From a virus, in the IMG/VR virus record IMGVR_UViG_3300036791_000399, positions 1 through 64,000 of that record: a stretch of 64,000 nucleotides of DNA, one strand, 5' to 3'. The notes under the pieces were generated by a model that saw only the letters and a list, made by a program, of their open reading frames with translations, did no database searches and was not told the origin of the DNA. Shown one piece after another: positions 26,989 to 38,081 of this stretch (within the stretch, counting starts at the first letter, position 1; the number at the start of each line of letters is the position of its first letter). The position numbers and the translations under genes are program-made.

Positions 26989-28337
26989 ACGACTTCAGCG
27001 AGAAGCCGAGCGCCTGGAAGGGCCCCTTCCAGCGGGCCTATGTCGACCTATCGACCTCGACCCGCCAGACGTCGCTCGCTGCGCAGCCCACCAAGGCACG
27101 CGCGAAGAAGCCCCTCGGCCAGTCTGCCAAGACCTCGGCCCGTCAGAACCCATTCCAACGAGCCCCTGGCGAGCCGGCCTCCCCGAAGCCGCTCGACACG
27201 CTTCCGCCGCCGATCGAGCAAGAGATCCCGATCAGTCAGCTTCCGCTCGCGGGACCAATTCTCGGCGCCGAGATGGTCCCGATTGTGCAGAATGGGATTA
27301 CCTGTCGTACGACCAGTGTCGGATTGGTCGGCCCGGTGGGATCCCAGGGGCCGATGGGACCGCCTGGGCCAGTAGGTCCGAAGGGCGCTGACAGCACGGT
27401 CCCTGGCCCGACAGGTCCGCAGGGCGCGCAGGGAGCCACAGGGCCGGCTGGGCCCCAGGGCGCGGCGAGCACGGTTCCTGGCCCGCAAGGACCGCAGGGC
27501 GCAACTGGCGCGGCCGGGGCGACCGGGGCGGCTGGACCCTCTGGCGCTGTCGGGGCAACCGGCCCTGCAGGACCGCAAGGGCCCCAGGGCAATGTGGGTC
27601 CAGCGGGTCCGCAAGGTGCGCAGGGCGCTGCGAGCACCGTCCCCGGCCCGCAAGGACCGACCGGGGCGACGGGTGCGGCAAGCACGGTCCCTGGCCCTGT
27701 AGGCCCAAGCGGACCCACTGGGGCGACTGGACCCCAAGGCCCACAGGGCGTCGCTGGCCCTCCTGGCGGCCTGGGCGAAGCGCCGCAAGACGGGCACATC
27801 TACGGCCGCGAAAACGCCGCCTGGGTGCAGGTAACGGGCGGCGGCGGAGCGAGCGTCACGATCTCGGACACGGCGCCCTCATCGCCGAACGTCGGCGATC
27901 TCTGGTGGTCGTCGACGCTTCTGACGATGTTCGTCTATTACAACGACGGCACCTCGAGCCAGTGGGTCGTAGCGAGTCCGGGGATCAGCGCGTCGAGTCC
28001 CTTGGTCAATGCGCCGTTCTCGGTCGCCAATGTCGCCGCCAGCGGCGCGACTGCGCTCAACTGGACGAACGGCGACATCCAGAAGGTCACGCTCAACGCC
28101 AATTCGACCATCGCCGTCTCGGGCTGGCCGGCTTCCGGCACGCTCGCCAAGCTCACGCTCGATATTCAGAACACCGGCGCTTTCAACATCACTGGCTGGC
28201 CCACCGGGACGAAATGGGCGGGCGGCGCGGCGCCGACGATTACTTCCGGCGCCGGAAAGCAGGACGTGATCGTTCTGATGTCGCTCGACGGCGGAACGAC
28301 CGTTCTGGGCTCGGTCGCGGGGCAGAATTACTCATGA
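26985..28337 (+). CDS. Collagen-like fibre protein 1
   Basis: IPISQLP anchor, G-X-Y repeats, foldon-like [29 protein letters not shown] module. Confidence 0.85.
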   Translation: MNDFSEKPSAWKGPFQRAYVDLSTSTRQTSLAAQPTKARAKKPLGQSAKTSARQNPFQRAPGEPASPKPLDTLPPPIEQEIPISQLPLAGPILGAEMVPIVQNGITCRTTSVGLVGPVGSQGPMGPPGPVGPKGADSTVPGPTGPQGAQGATGPAGPQGAASTVPGPQGPQGATGAAGATGAAGPSGAVGATGPAGPQGPQGNVGPAGPQGAQGAASTVPGPQGPTGATGAASTVPGPVGPSGPTGATGPQGPQGVAGPPGGLGEAPQDGHIYGRENAAWVQVTGGGGASVTISDTAPSSPNVGDLWWSSTLLTMFVYYNDGTSSQWVVASPGISASSPLVNAPFSVANVAASGATALNWTNGDIQKVTLNANSTIAVSGWPASGTLAKLTLDIQNTGAFNITGWPTGTKWAGGAAPTITSGAGKQDVIVLMSLDGGTTVLGSVAGQNYS

Positions 28338-28355
28338 CCGGGGTAGTGTGAAAAA

Positions 28356-29816
28356 TTGGCTATTTGGTACTGGGTCGCGGCGTCCGCGGCGAACTTCGCC
28401 ACCGCGAACTGGGCGACCAGTTCGGGAGGGACGGCGTCGGGCCAGCCGACGACCGGCGACACCGCCATCTTCGACAGCAAGTCGTCGGCCTCCTGCACCC
28501 TCGCGGCAAGCGTCTCGTTGGCGTCGCTCGACTGTCAGGGCGGCGTCGGGAATTTCGCCGGCCTCCTGATCCACAACAATGGCGTGACGGTCACGATCAG
28601 CGCGGCCGGCGCAGCGGCGTTCCGGCTGTCGCCGCAGATGAGCTACAACGGCCCGACTTCCGGGTGCCTCCTCACCTTCACCAACACTTCCGGCGTCGCC
28701 ATGCTGACCAGCGCCGGGAAGAAATTCGGCGCGATCACGATCAACGGCGCGGGTGGAACGGTGCGTCAGGCCGACGACCTCAGCGTCAACACCGCGCTCA
28801 ACAGCCCGTTCACGGTGACCGCCGGAACCTTCGACGCCAACGGATTCAACACCACCGCAATCTCTTTCCTTTGCAGCGGCGCGGGCGTTCGCACGGTCCT
28901 TCTCGGCGCGACGCTCAACCTCGGCGGCAATACCGGATCCGGCGCGACCGTCTTCACCACCGCGACGTCCACCAACCTGACTTTCACGGTCGGCGCTTGC
29001 GTCATCAACGTGGTGAGTACGGGCGGCGCGTCCTATGTCATCATGGCGTTTAGCGCCCTCACCTACAACGCCATCAATTTTCAGACGACCAGCGCGGCGC
29101 TATACGTCTCGCTCACCGGCTCGCCGACATTCTCCAATTTCAACGTCGCTCCTGGCTGGGTTTTCTATCTTCCCGGCCAAGTGATCGGATCCCCGGTCCT
29201 TACGGTCCAGAATGCTTTCGCCCTCGTTGGATCGCCGACTCTTCCGGTCGGCTTCGTCTGCACCGCCGTTGCGACTTTCAATTTCTGTCCGGTGTCCTGC
29301 CCTAGCGGGAACTGCTCGATCCAGTGGGGAATCTTGAGCGCCTGCACCGGAATCGGCGGGGCCAATTTCTCCGCCACCGACACCTTGGCGGTCGGCCTGA
29401 ACACCGGATGGGCGATCACGCCGCCAATCGACGCTTCCATACCAGCCGCCGTTGCTTCGGCGGTATGGGGCGACTTGCTGAGTTCCAGCGATTTCACTGT
29501 GGCCGGCAGCGCTGGCGCGCTGATGGCGGCGATGGCTAATCTGCAATACACGGTGCCGGCGATCGGCCGCGGCACGACCGCCTCCGGCGGCACCCGGACG
29601 TCCATCCCGACTTCCGCCTTTGCGCCCGCGACATCCGCGTCGGTCGCCAATCAACTTGTCGGAAGAGCGGTGCTGTTCGATGCTGCGACGGCTACGGTCG
29701 CCTTGCGCGGTCAGGCGGCGGTGATCTCGGCCAGTTCCGCTGCCGCCGCCCCGACGCTCACCGTATCGACGCTGACGGCTGCGCCAGCCTCCGGCGACAC
29801 CTTTAGCGTCGTGTGA
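28356..29816 (+). CDS. Putative fibre or spike protein (beta-helix-like)
   Basis: YWV..NWATSSGG..PTTGDTAIFD N-terminus; T/A/G/S-rich repeats. Confidence 0.7.
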   Translation: MAIWYWVAASAANFATANWATSSGGTASGQPTTGDTAIFDSKSSASCTLAASVSLASLDCQGGVGNFAGLLIHNNGVTVTISAAGAAAFRLSPQMSYNGPTSGCLLTFTNTSGVAMLTSAGKKFGAITINGAGGTVRQADDLSVNTALNSPFTVTAGTFDANGFNTTAISFLCSGAGVRTVLLGATLNLGGNTGSGATVFTTATSTNLTFTVGACVINVVSTGGASYVIMAFSALTYNAINFQTTSAALYVSLTGSPTFSNFNVAPGWVFYLPGQVIGSPVLTVQNAFALVGSPTLPVGFVCTAVATFNFCPVSCPSGNCSIQWGILSACTGIGGANFSATDTLAVGLNTGWAITPPIDASIPAAVASAVWGDLLSSSDFTVAGSAGALMAAMANLQYTVPAIGRGTTASGGTRTSIPTSAFAPATSASVANQLVGRAVLFDAATATVALRGQAAVISASSAAAAPTLTVSTLTAAPASGDTFSVV

Positions 29817-29819
29817 CAC

Positions 29820-29927
29820 ATGGGCATAACCAAGCTCGGTCCAGGCGGCTACTCGGTCGCGGTTAACGCCCCAGCGGCGCCCGCGGCGCCAGTCTCCGGC
29901 GCGGCTATCCTCCTGGTGGGGATGTAG
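29820..29927 (+). CDS. Small peptide (35 aa)
   Basis: Fills the gap between fibre genes; [12 protein letters not shown]. Confidence 0.4.
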   Translation: MGITKLGPGGYSVAVNAPAAPAAPVSGAAILLVGM

Positions 29928-29929
29928 CG

Positions 29930-31663
29930 ATGGCTGTTAATTTCCCTGACAGCCCGACCAACGGCGAGACCTTCACCACCGGCGGAATCACCTATCAGTG
30001 GAACGGCTCGGCTTGGATCGTGACCGGCAGCGGCGTCGCGGGCCCTGCCGGCCCACAAGGCCCCGCTGGGCCGACGGGGCCGACTGGCGCCACCGGAGCG
30101 CCAGGGGCGACGGGCGCGCAGGGTCCACAGGGCTTGACGGGCGCGCAAGGGGTGCAGGGACCAACCGGGTCGATGGGCGCGCAGGGGCCGGCCGGCTCTG
30201 CCGGCGCGACCGGGCCTCCTGGCGCCGATAGCACGGTCCCCGGCCCGACAGGTCCGCAGGGCCCTCCAGGGGCCGCTGGGGCGACAGGCAATACCGGAGC
30301 CACAGGACCGCCAGGGGCGACCGGCGCCCAAGGCGCAGCGGGATCTCAAGGCCCCACAGGACCGGCTGGGGCAGCGGGACCAGCGGGGCCGACCGCAGTC
30401 AGCACTGATGCCAATAACGTCGCGACGCTTGGCAGCGATCATCTGATCTTCGTGCCGCGCCCGCCGAGCGTCACTGTCTCCGATACGGCTCCGTCTTCGC
30501 CAAAAGCGGGCGATCTCTGGTGGGATTCAGTAGGCGGGCAACTTTATGTTTGGTACGTCGACGCAAATTCAAGCCAGTGGGTGGTCGCCAACAATTCCGG
30601 CGGCAATTATCTGCCGCTGACCGGCGGCGCTCTGACGGGGCCGGTTACGGCCGCCGCCGATCCGGTCGTTCCGCTCGGCCTCGCCACCAAGCAATACGTC
30701 GACGCGACGAACTCTCGCTACCGCAACCGGATCATCAACGGCGACATGTCGGTCGATCAGCGCGGGGGCAGCGGAGCTATCGCTGCAAGCGGCAGCAAAT
30801 ACATAATCGACCGTTGGGCCGCTGGCGTGTCGGTTGGCGGCAAGTGCAGCGTCGGCAGCATTGCCGGAGCGCCTTATCCGTTTGCCTTGGGCTGGACGAC
30901 AACCACTGCCTACACGGTGACGGCTGGCGACTATTTCAATCTCAACCAAAAAGTCGAGGCTTATAATTTTCTCGACGCCAATTGGGGAACCGCGAACGCA
31001 CAGCCGGTCGTATTGGAGTTTTGGGCCTTCTCGTCGCTTGCCGGGACGTTCGGCGGATCGTTGAGCAATGGCGCTTTCAACCGTTCTTACCCTTTCACCT
31101 ATACGCTGACGGCGAATACGTGGACGAAGATCAGGCTCAACATTCCCGGCGATACGGCTGGAACGTGGTCAGTCGCCAACACCGCTAACGCCTTGACCGT
31201 GACGTTCGGCTGTGGCGTTGGCGCAACTTATTCGGCGGCTCCTGGCTCATGGCAAGCGGGAGCTTTTCTTTCAGCGACTGGCGCGGTCAGCGTCGTCGGC
31301 ACGCTCAACGCGACGCTTAACATCACCGGCGTTGCGCTGATGGTCGGCGCGGCGGCGGCTAACGCCGAACCTGAGTTCCGCAAGTACAGCGACAATCTGA
31401 TCGACTGTCAGCGGTATTTTTGCAGCGTGCCCTTCAATGTATCGGCCTATACTGCTGCGGGTGTGACGGTTGGTTATGCGCAGACTTTGCCGGTTATGAT
31501 GCGAGCCGCGCCAACGATCACAGTAAGCACTACGGGCAGCAGCAATTTTGGTGCTATGGCTGTGTCAGCTACCAGCGCAAATGCTGTTACGCCAAGCGCC
31601 GCCGGAACAGCGACGGGGGGCGCTTATTTCTATGGCTCCTTCAAGGCGGACGCGGATTTCTGA
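29930..31663 (+). CDS. Collagen-like fibre protein 2
   Basis: [10 protein letters not shown]-terminus, G-X-Y repeats, [27 protein letters not shown]. Confidence 0.85.
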   Translation: MAVNFPDSPTNGETFTTGGITYQWNGSAWIVTGSGVAGPAGPQGPAGPTGPTGATGAPGATGAQGPQGLTGAQGVQGPTGSMGAQGPAGSAGATGPPGADSTVPGPTGPQGPPGAAGATGNTGATGPPGATGAQGAAGSQGPTGPAGAAGPAGPTAVSTDANNVATLGSDHLIFVPRPPSVTVSDTAPSSPKAGDLWWDSVGGQLYVWYVDANSSQWVVANNSGGNYLPLTGGALTGPVTAAADPVVPLGLATKQYVDATNSRYRNRIINGDMSVDQRGGSGAIAASGSKYIIDRWAAGVSVGGKCSVGSIAGAPYPFALGWTTTTAYTVTAGDYFNLNQKVEAYNFLDANWGTANAQPVVLEFWAFSSLAGTFGGSLSNGAFNRSYPFTYTLTANTWTKIRLNIPGDTAGTWSVANTANALTVTFGCGVGATYSAAPGSWQAGAFLSATGAVSVVGTLNATLNITGVALMVGAAAANAEPEFRKYSDNLIDCQRYFCSVPFNVSAYTAAGVTVGYAQTLPVMMRAAPTITVSTTGSSNFGAMAVSATSANAVTPSAAGTATGGAYFYGSFKADADF

Positions 31664-31665
31664 CC

Positions 31666-33138
31666 ATGCTGGATTTCCCGTCATCCCCCACAACCGGCCA
31701 GATCTTCACCGCGCCCAATGGCTCGACCTGGATTTACGATGGCGTGAAATGGGCCTCGACTTCGGCCGGAACAGGCTTCCTGCCGCTGTCAGGCGGCACG
31801 CTGAGCGGCAATCTGACCATCGCTCCGGCTGGTGACGCCAACCTGATTTTGAACAAGAGCGGTTCCGGCCACTCGAACGACATTTTCTCTTACACCGCCG
31901 GCTCGCCGCGCTGGCTGTTTCAATTCGGCAATTCCACCGCTGAGGGATCTAGCAACACCGGCTCGGACTTCGTTCTCGCTCGCTATGACAACAGCGGCAA
32001 TTACCTCGATGCGCCGCTGATCGTTCAGCGCGGTGACGGGCGCGCGACGGTCACGCAAGATCCGATCGTTCCGCTCGGGATCGCCACCAAGGAGTACGTG
32101 GACAACACTGGAGGGTTCAACAACGTCGGGCGCAACCTGATCAACAACTCGATGATGCGCGTCGCCCAGCGCGGCAATGGGCCGTTCACGGCGGCTGGCT
32201 ATAGCCTCGATCAGTGGGTTGTTTACGTCAACGCTGACACAGTGAGCGTCGCACGGGGGGCTTTTGGAGTTGGAGGCCCGACCGGCGATGAGGCGGCGCA
32301 ATATTTTCTCACCAGTAGTTTCACTGGTACGTCGGGAGCGGCGGCGGTCAACGGGATCGTCCAGAAGATCGAGAACGTAGCGCGCCTGTCGGGCAAGACG
32401 ATCATCGTCTCGTTCTGGGCTAACACAAACACAGCGCCGAAGCTCGGCGTCAATGTTTATCAGAGTTTCGGTTCAGGCGGCTCGCCATCAACGGGCGCGT
32501 ATGTGCTTGCTACTGGACAGCAATTCGCTATCGGCTCGACGTGGGCGCGTTATTCGTGCGCAATCGCCATCCCGTCGATTGTCGGCAAGACGCTGGGAAC
32601 CAATGGTGACGATCACACTCAGTTTATATTTTTCTATTCCAGCGGCGCGACCAACAATCAGATCGCAGGCAACATCGGTGTGCAGAGCGGCACGATCAAC
32701 ATCTGGGGCGTGCAGGTCGAGATCGCCGCGCCCGGTCAGACCCAGCCGTCGCCGTTGGAGAAGCCCGACTTGGCGACCGAACTGGTGCGCTGCCAGCGGT
32801 ATTTTGAGAAATCGTACAATCAATTTATTGCTCCCGGCGCAGTGAATGGTGGTGGGCGCTGCCAAGCTTTATTGTCGCAGGGGGTTACTCCGACAGCGGT
32901 AGTCGGGCTAAGTCAAACTATACGCTATGCCGCCACCAAACGTGCCGTGCCGACAATTACTCTATACTCAGACGCCACGGGGGCGTCGGGTAAAGCCCGC
33001 GACAATCAGTCTAACGTGGATGTAACAGGCACTCTGGTCGTTAATGGCGATAGTTCATTTGGTTGGTCAGCAGTTCAGAGCGTCGCTTCTTATAACGTGA
33101 ACCTTACCTGTCATTGGACCGCCAGCGCGGAGCTATGA
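31666..33138 (+). CDS. Fibre protein 3
   Basis: LDFPSSPTTG N-terminus, ATKEYVD, GRNLINN..QRG, ELVRCQRYFEKSY. Confidence 0.85.
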   Translation: MLDFPSSPTTGQIFTAPNGSTWIYDGVKWASTSAGTGFLPLSGGTLSGNLTIAPAGDANLILNKSGSGHSNDIFSYTAGSPRWLFQFGNSTAEGSSNTGSDFVLARYDNSGNYLDAPLIVQRGDGRATVTQDPIVPLGIATKEYVDNTGGFNNVGRNLINNSMMRVAQRGNGPFTAAGYSLDQWVVYVNADTVSVARGAFGVGGPTGDEAAQYFLTSSFTGTSGAAAVNGIVQKIENVARLSGKTIIVSFWANTNTAPKLGVNVYQSFGSGGSPSTGAYVLATGQQFAIGSTWARYSCAIAIPSIVGKTLGTNGDDHTQFIFFYSSGATNNQIAGNIGVQSGTINIWGVQVEIAAPGQTQPSPLEKPDLATELVRCQRYFEKSYNQFIAPGAVNGGGRCQALLSQGVTPTAVVGLSQTIRYAATKRAVPTITLYSDATGASGKARDNQSNVDVTGTLVVNGDSSFGWSAVQSVASYNVNLTCHWTASAEL

Positions 33139-33329
33139 CCATGCAGCTTGTCTACACAGACCCCGACAAAACCACGATCAAGGTGACGCTCGATGAGGGC
33201 GAGAGCCTCGGCAACCTCAATGGGCCGGTCGAGGCGTTCGTCCCGACCGATCGGGCCAACACTGACTATGCGGCGATTCTTAGCAAGAAACTGAAAGTCG
33301 AATCTCATAAAGCGAGCCCTCCAGGATGA
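33135..33329 (+). CDS. Small fibre-associated protein (possible assembly chaperone)
   Basis: FVPTDRANTDY motif directly after the last fibre. Confidence 0.6.
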   Translation: MTMQLVYTDPDKTTIKVTLDEGESLGNLNGPVEAFVPTDRANTDYAAILSKKLKVESHKASPPG

Positions 33330-34075
33330 GCTACACCTACATCACCTTCAAGAGCGCTCTGGCGATCGAAATGGCGGTGCCGAACAACGACCCCACCAAC
33401 CCGCAGTTCATCGCCATCATCAACACCCTGGTCGATCAGGCCGAACAGCGCTGCTATCGCGATCTCGACCTTCTCAACGCCACCTCGACGCAAACGCTGC
33501 CGCTCACCGCGGGCTCTTCAAAGCTCGATTTCTCGACCCTGTCGCCGAACCTTCTCATCCTTGAGGACGTGAACATCGTTCTGCCGGCGACGGTGACCAA
33601 TCCGGAACTCGGCGAGCGGGCGCCGGTCTATCCCGTCAGCAAGGAATGGCTCCGGATGACCTACGGGGTCAGCGGAACCAAGGGTGTGCCGGTCTGGTAC
33701 GCCATGAATGACGATCGTACGATCTTGCTGGGGCCCTTCCCCGACCAGGGCTACACCGTCGAACTCATCGGCAAATATCGGCCGACGCCGCTCTATTCGG
33801 CGCCGCCTGGGGACGGAACCCAGACGACCGTGCTCACCTCGATGCTGCCGGATCTCTTCCTCGCCGCGGCAATGTGCGCCGGTAGCGCCTATCAGCATAA
33901 TTGGGGCGCCCAGTCCGACGATCCGCGTCAGGCGATGTCCTGGGAGACGAACTACCAGACCTTGCTCGGGTCAGCGAAGGGCGAGGAGATGCGCAAGAAA
34001 ACACATGGGTGGATGAGTATGACATCGGAGATCCCGGCAATGCCGAACCCGCCAGGAACGCCAGGACCGCCCTAA
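33326..34075 (+). CDS. Tail adaptor (tubular protein A-like)
   Basis: AEQRCYRDLD, GVPVWYA, LGPFPDQGYTVEL, PDLFLAA. Confidence 0.75.
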   Translation: MSYTYITFKSALAIEMAVPNNDPTNPQFIAIINTLVDQAEQRCYRDLDLLNATSTQTLPLTAGSSKLDFSTLSPNLLILEDVNIVLPATVTNPELGERAPVYPVSKEWLRMTYGVSGTKGVPVWYAMNDDRTILLGPFPDQGYTVELIGKYRPTPLYSAPPGDGTQTTVLTSMLPDLFLAAAMCAGSAYQHNWGAQSDDPRQAMSWETNYQTLLGSAKGEEMRKKTHGWMSMTSEIPAMPNPPGTPGPP

Positions 34076-34548
34076 TGCCGCCGATTAGCGCGCTGCTCTT
34101 TGGGGGTCGACCATCGGCAATTCCCAGGCTCGTAGTCGCCATTGTTGTCGATGCGATCAATGCTGTGCTTCGAACTTGGTTTCCGACCCATGTCGGCGAG
34201 AAAGTTTTCGTAGCGGTCCCATCGATGACACACCGTAATGCCGCGACCTCCGTAGTAGTGATACTCATTGTAACTTGGAGACTGGCAGCGACGACGAAGG
34301 TTATACCAAGCCTTTAACTCTGGTGTATTAGGATGGCTTTCGCCATGCGTGCGATTCATTCGCCCAGCGCGTATACGGAGACATCCGCAGGATCGGGTTT
34401 CGCCACTTTTCAAGTGGCAGGCGGAGACAACTGCTTCACTCCCGCAGTCGCAGCGGCAGAGCCAGTGGGCGTTGCGGTTTCGTACTTCTACAAAGGAAAG
34501 AGCAATTAGAAGATGAAAGCGCTGACCTGCTATATTGATGACGGACAT
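34072..34548 (-). CDS. HNH-type homing endonuclease
   Basis: GQRF..WLCRCDCG..SCGC, YYGGRGITVC, IDRIDNNGDYEPGNCRW. Confidence 0.9.
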   Translation of the reverse strand: MSVINIAGQRFHLLIALSFVEVRNRNAHWLCRCDCGSEAVVSACHLKSGETRSCGCLRIRAGRMNRTHGESHPNTPELKAWYNLRRRCQSPSYNEYHYYGGRGITVCHRWDRYENFLADMGRKPSSKHSIDRIDNNGDYEPGNCRWSTPKEQRANRRH

Positions 34549-34571
34549 GCGTTGTTTCCTGGGCTGCTGTC

Positions 34572-37500
34572 ATGCCATTTATGACTGTGAAATTAATTCC
34601 GGGGGTCAGGGCTGAACAGACGCCATTGTTGCTACAGACTGGAATTACACAAAGCAACAACATTCGCTGGCGCGATGGCCTCGCGGAGAAAATCGGCGGC
34701 TGGAAGAAGTTCTACAACGCGGCGATTGCCGGCCCGGTGCGCGAGCTATGGACGTGGGCCGACCTGGACGGCGCCAACCATCTGGCGGCCGCGGGCGGCA
34801 ATAACGTCAATGTCATCACCGGCACTTCCCTAAGCCCGGTCGGCCCGCTCGCCGCAACTCGACATCCGAGCGGATTGGCGACGACCGCCGGGTCGCCGCT
34901 CGTTGTGGTCACCGACACCGGTTCGAACGCTAGTACTTATGAAAGCGTCACCCTGCAGACCCCCTATGCCATTAGCGGTGCAGGTGGCTTCGTCATCTAT
35001 CCAGGCAGCTATCCGATCGTCGCCGTCGCTGACGGTTCTCACTACACGATCAACATCGGCCAAAACGCTACTCTGACCGCCTCCACTGGGACGCTCTGCA
35101 CGATCAGCAGCACTCTGGGCTCGGCGACGTTCACGGTCGCTCTTCCGAACCACAATCTTGCCGTCGGGGCGAGCTTCTCGATCATTCTCCCGACTGCGGT
35201 TGGCGGAGTGGTGCTGTCAGGCTTCTATACGGTCGCTTCGGTTGTCGACTCCGGCCACTTCACCATCATGGGGCCGAACCAAGCAGTATCCGCCCAGACT
35301 TCGAACTACGGCAATCTCTCGACTACCCAACTCATCCAATGGGTCGTTAAAAGCCAACAGCCTCCGCCAACGCTTACGGCCATTGCTGCATTCGCGTCTG
35401 GTTATGCGGGCATCATGATGCCGCCGAACCCCGGCAACATTACGCCAGGGATGACGGTGTACGATGAGACAACCAACCAGACACTCGGCATCGTGCAGAG
35501 CTATGGCCCGCTGACGGCCAGTCAGACCCTGACCAATGGGTTCGCCTCTGGGGCGACGTCGATCAACATGGCGCCCAATACGAACACGCTTGGCGTGATT
35601 CCCGGCATGACCGCTACGATCAGATCATCGCTCTTGGGCACGGTTTCAGCCTATGTCGGCAGTACGCTCACCCTGGCCGCTGCTACGACTTTCCCGTCCA
35701 CGTACAGCATCACAGCCTCGGCTGCGTTTACGACCGCCTACCAGGGCATCATGGTGCCGCCCAATCCAGGCTTCGCAGCCGCAGGCTTGACTGTCACCGA
35801 CCTCACGACTGGCCACTCGCTCGGCACGGTCGCGACCTACAAGAATTACCCGATACTGACCGATCTTGTTCAGTTCGCTAATCACTCCTGGGTGATCGGC
35901 GCGACCTCTGTCGACATGACCCCCTACACCAATGCTGGCAATGGCGGCGGCGGTGATAATCCCATCATCCCCGGCATGACGATTGGTGACTCCAATGTCG
36001 GGGGAGGCACGGTCGTCCTCAGCACGGTCGGCGCCTATATCGGCCATACGCTCACCTTTGCGACTCCGGCTGCATACAGTTCTGCTACAGGCTTTGACCG
36101 GCTTGAATTTCAGACCACCGGGACGCAAAACGTCCTCGGCCTGACAGGCAACATCGCCGCCAACAGCGCCGGATCCAACGACACTCTGGGGTTCGTAGGC
36201 GCTTCGATTTCCAATGATCCGGTGACGTTCAGCAGCGGATCCAATCACGTCCTGATTTTCACTGCGCCTCTCAGCACCAGTAGCGCCGGGGCGAACGATG
36301 TCCTGGCGTTCATCGGGGCATCGGCGCCGCCGCCGACTGTGACAGCGCAAGCAGGGTTTACGACCGACTACTGGGGCATCGCGGTGCCAGCTAACCCAGG
36401 GCCCATTGTCAATGGCATGTCGGTTGTCGATCAGACCACCAATCAGTTTCTCGGCACGGTCGCAAGTTACGGGACGGTGACGAACGCTCGGCAAGTAGTG
36501 GCATGGGGAATGGCGGGCGGCGAAGGCACTCCGGTCGGCATCGGCGAGACTAGCGCGGACATGACCCCCTATACGAACCATTTTCCAACACCGATCATTC
36601 CCGGCATGACGATCGTCGACCATGATCAGAGCAAGACTGTCGGCACAGTCGTCAGCTACATCGGCAACATCCTGACCTGGACGCCTGCGATCACCTTCAC
36701 TGCAGATCCTGGCGATGAGTGGCTGTTCAGCAGCGGGACACAAAACGTCCTCGGCTTGAACACCTTTCTCGATGCCAACAGCGCCGGATCCAGCGACCTC
36801 CTGTCGTTCATTGCTCCATCAGGGCCGCCACCGGCTGGCACAACGCCGATGTCGGCCGACGATTGGTGCATGTTCAATTTCGGCAGCGTCCTTCTCATCA
36901 ATCCGCAAGACGGGCCGATCTTTCAGTATGACCCGACGAGCGGCCTTAGCACTGCGCAATTGGTTCCGAACGCGCCGGTCGCGGCGCATGGCATGTTCCT
37001 CGCCATGCCGCAGCAGATGGTGGTCGCCTACGGCGCCTCGGTCCAGGGCGTCCAGGATCCGATGCTGGTCGCTTGGTCCGACGCGGGCAACTACAACACC
37101 TGGAAGCTCGCCGTCGGCAATCAGGCCGGAACCTTTCGCTTGTCGCGCGGCTCGATGATCGTCGGCGGGATGCAGATGCCGATGCAGGCGATGCTGTGGA
37201 CCGACGTCGGTCTTTGGCTGATGACGTACATCGGTTATCCGGATGTCTGGGGGTTCTCCGAGATCGCCCAAGAGTGCGGGCTGATCGCCAAGAAGGCGGC
37301 GGGCGTGCTCGGCTCCCAGGTCTTCTGGATGGGCAGGGATAAGTTCTGGACATTCACCCAGGGCCAAGTTCAGCCGCTCCCGTGCGAGGTCTGGGACGCT
37401 GTCTTTCAAAACCTCAATACGGATCTCCTCCACCTCATTCGCTGCGGCACAGACACCGCCTTCGACGGCGTCGGATGGTTCTATCCGTCGCTCGCGACGA

Positions 37501-38081
37501 AGCAGCCAGGGGCGCTGCAGGAGAACGATTCCTTCGTCAAGTTCAACCGGGTCACCGGAGAGTGGGACTATGGAACGCCGATCGACGTCTTTGGCGACGG
37601 GAAGACCGGCGGCTCCCTGATCTCCGACTGGATCGATGCGAACGTGTACGGCAATCCGATCTCGGCGATGACCGATTCGACCGGCACGCTCTCGCAACTC
37701 ATGTGGATGGACATGGGTCAGGACGCCGATGGCGCGCCGATCGATTGGTGGTTCCGCACCGGTCTTTTCCTGCTTAGCGAGGGCGAAGATTTCCTTTTTG
37801 TCGACCGCTGCCGGCCTGACTTCAAATGGCGGAAGTTCTCAAGCCCATCGACGCCGAGCGCGCAGATCAAAATCACCTTGTACGCCTACGAGGACAGCGA
37901 CAATCCGGCGAAGCCGCCTTCCATCTATGGGCCGTTCACCGTCGCTGATGATTCGGGACCGTTTGACCCGAGAGCGCGCGGGCGTTACTTCTCGCTGAAG
38001 GTAGAAGGGAACGATCTCGGCAGCTTCGCCCGCATGGGTGCGGTGAAGTTTCGCTTTGCACCGGACGGAAGGGCCGGGTGA
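34572..38081 (+). CDS. Tail nozzle (tubular protein B / stabilisation protein-like) with large inserted repeats
   Basis: KLIPGV, RWRDG..EKIGGW, VAWSD, VFWMG, LPCEVWD, WFYPS, RARGR, C-terminal PDGR. Confidence 0.8.
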   Translation: MPFMTVKLIPGVRAEQTPLLLQTGITQSNNIRWRDGLAEKIGGWKKFYNAAIAGPVRELWTWADLDGANHLAAAGGNNVNVITGTSLSPVGPLAATRHPSGLATTAGSPLVVVTDTGSNASTYESVTLQTPYAISGAGGFVIYPGSYPIVAVADGSHYTINIGQNATLTASTGTLCTISSTLGSATFTVALPNHNLAVGASFSIILPTAVGGVVLSGFYTVASVVDSGHFTIMGPNQAVSAQTSNYGNLSTTQLIQWVVKSQQPPPTLTAIAAFASGYAGIMMPPNPGNITPGMTVYDETTNQTLGIVQSYGPLTASQTLTNGFASGATSINMAPNTNTLGVIPGMTATIRSSLLGTVSAYVGSTLTLAAATTFPSTYSITASAAFTTAYQGIMVPPNPGFAAAGLTVTDLTTGHSLGTVATYKNYPILTDLVQFANHSWVIGATSVDMTPYTNAGNGGGGDNPIIPGMTIGDSNVGGGTVVLSTVGAYIGHTLTFATPAAYSSATGFDRLEFQTTGTQNVLGLTGNIAANSAGSNDTLGFVGASISNDPVTFSSGSNHVLIFTAPLSTSSAGANDVLAFIGASAPPPTVTAQAGFTTDYWGIAVPANPGPIVNGMSVVDQTTNQFLGTVASYGTVTNARQVVAWGMAGGEGTPVGIGETSADMTPYTNHFPTPIIPGMTIVDHDQSKTVGTVVSYIGNILTWTPAITFTADPGDEWLFSSGTQNVLGLNTFLDANSAGSSDLLSFIAPSGPPPAGTTPMSADDWCMFNFGSVLLINPQDGPIFQYDPTSGLSTAQLVPNAPVAAHGMFLAMPQQMVVAYGASVQGVQDPMLVAWSDAGNYNTWKLAVGNQAGTFRLSRGSMIVGGMQMPMQAMLWTDVGLWLMTYIGYPDVWGFSEIAQECGLIAKKAAGVLGSQVFWMGRDKFWTFTQGQVQPLPCEVWDAVFQNLNTDLLHLIRCGTDTAFDGVGWFYPSLATKQPGALQENDSFVKFNRVTGEWDYGTPIDVFGDGKTGGSLISDWIDANVYGNPISAMTDSTGTLSQLMWMDMGQDADGAPIDWWFRTGLFLLSEGEDFLFVDRCRPDFKWRKFSSPSTPSAQIKITLYAYEDSDNPAKPPSIYGPFTVADDSGPFDPRARGRYFSLKVEGNDLGSFARMGAVKFRFAPDGRAG

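Noticed and set aside
27320-30400. Collagen-region DNA repeats as a DGR or repeat array
   Set aside because: Explained by G-X-Y coding; no reverse transcriptase and no adenine-specific variation
17863-34548. HNH genes as group I intron ORFs
   Set aside because: They lie between intact genes; no interrupted reading frame or intron core was seen
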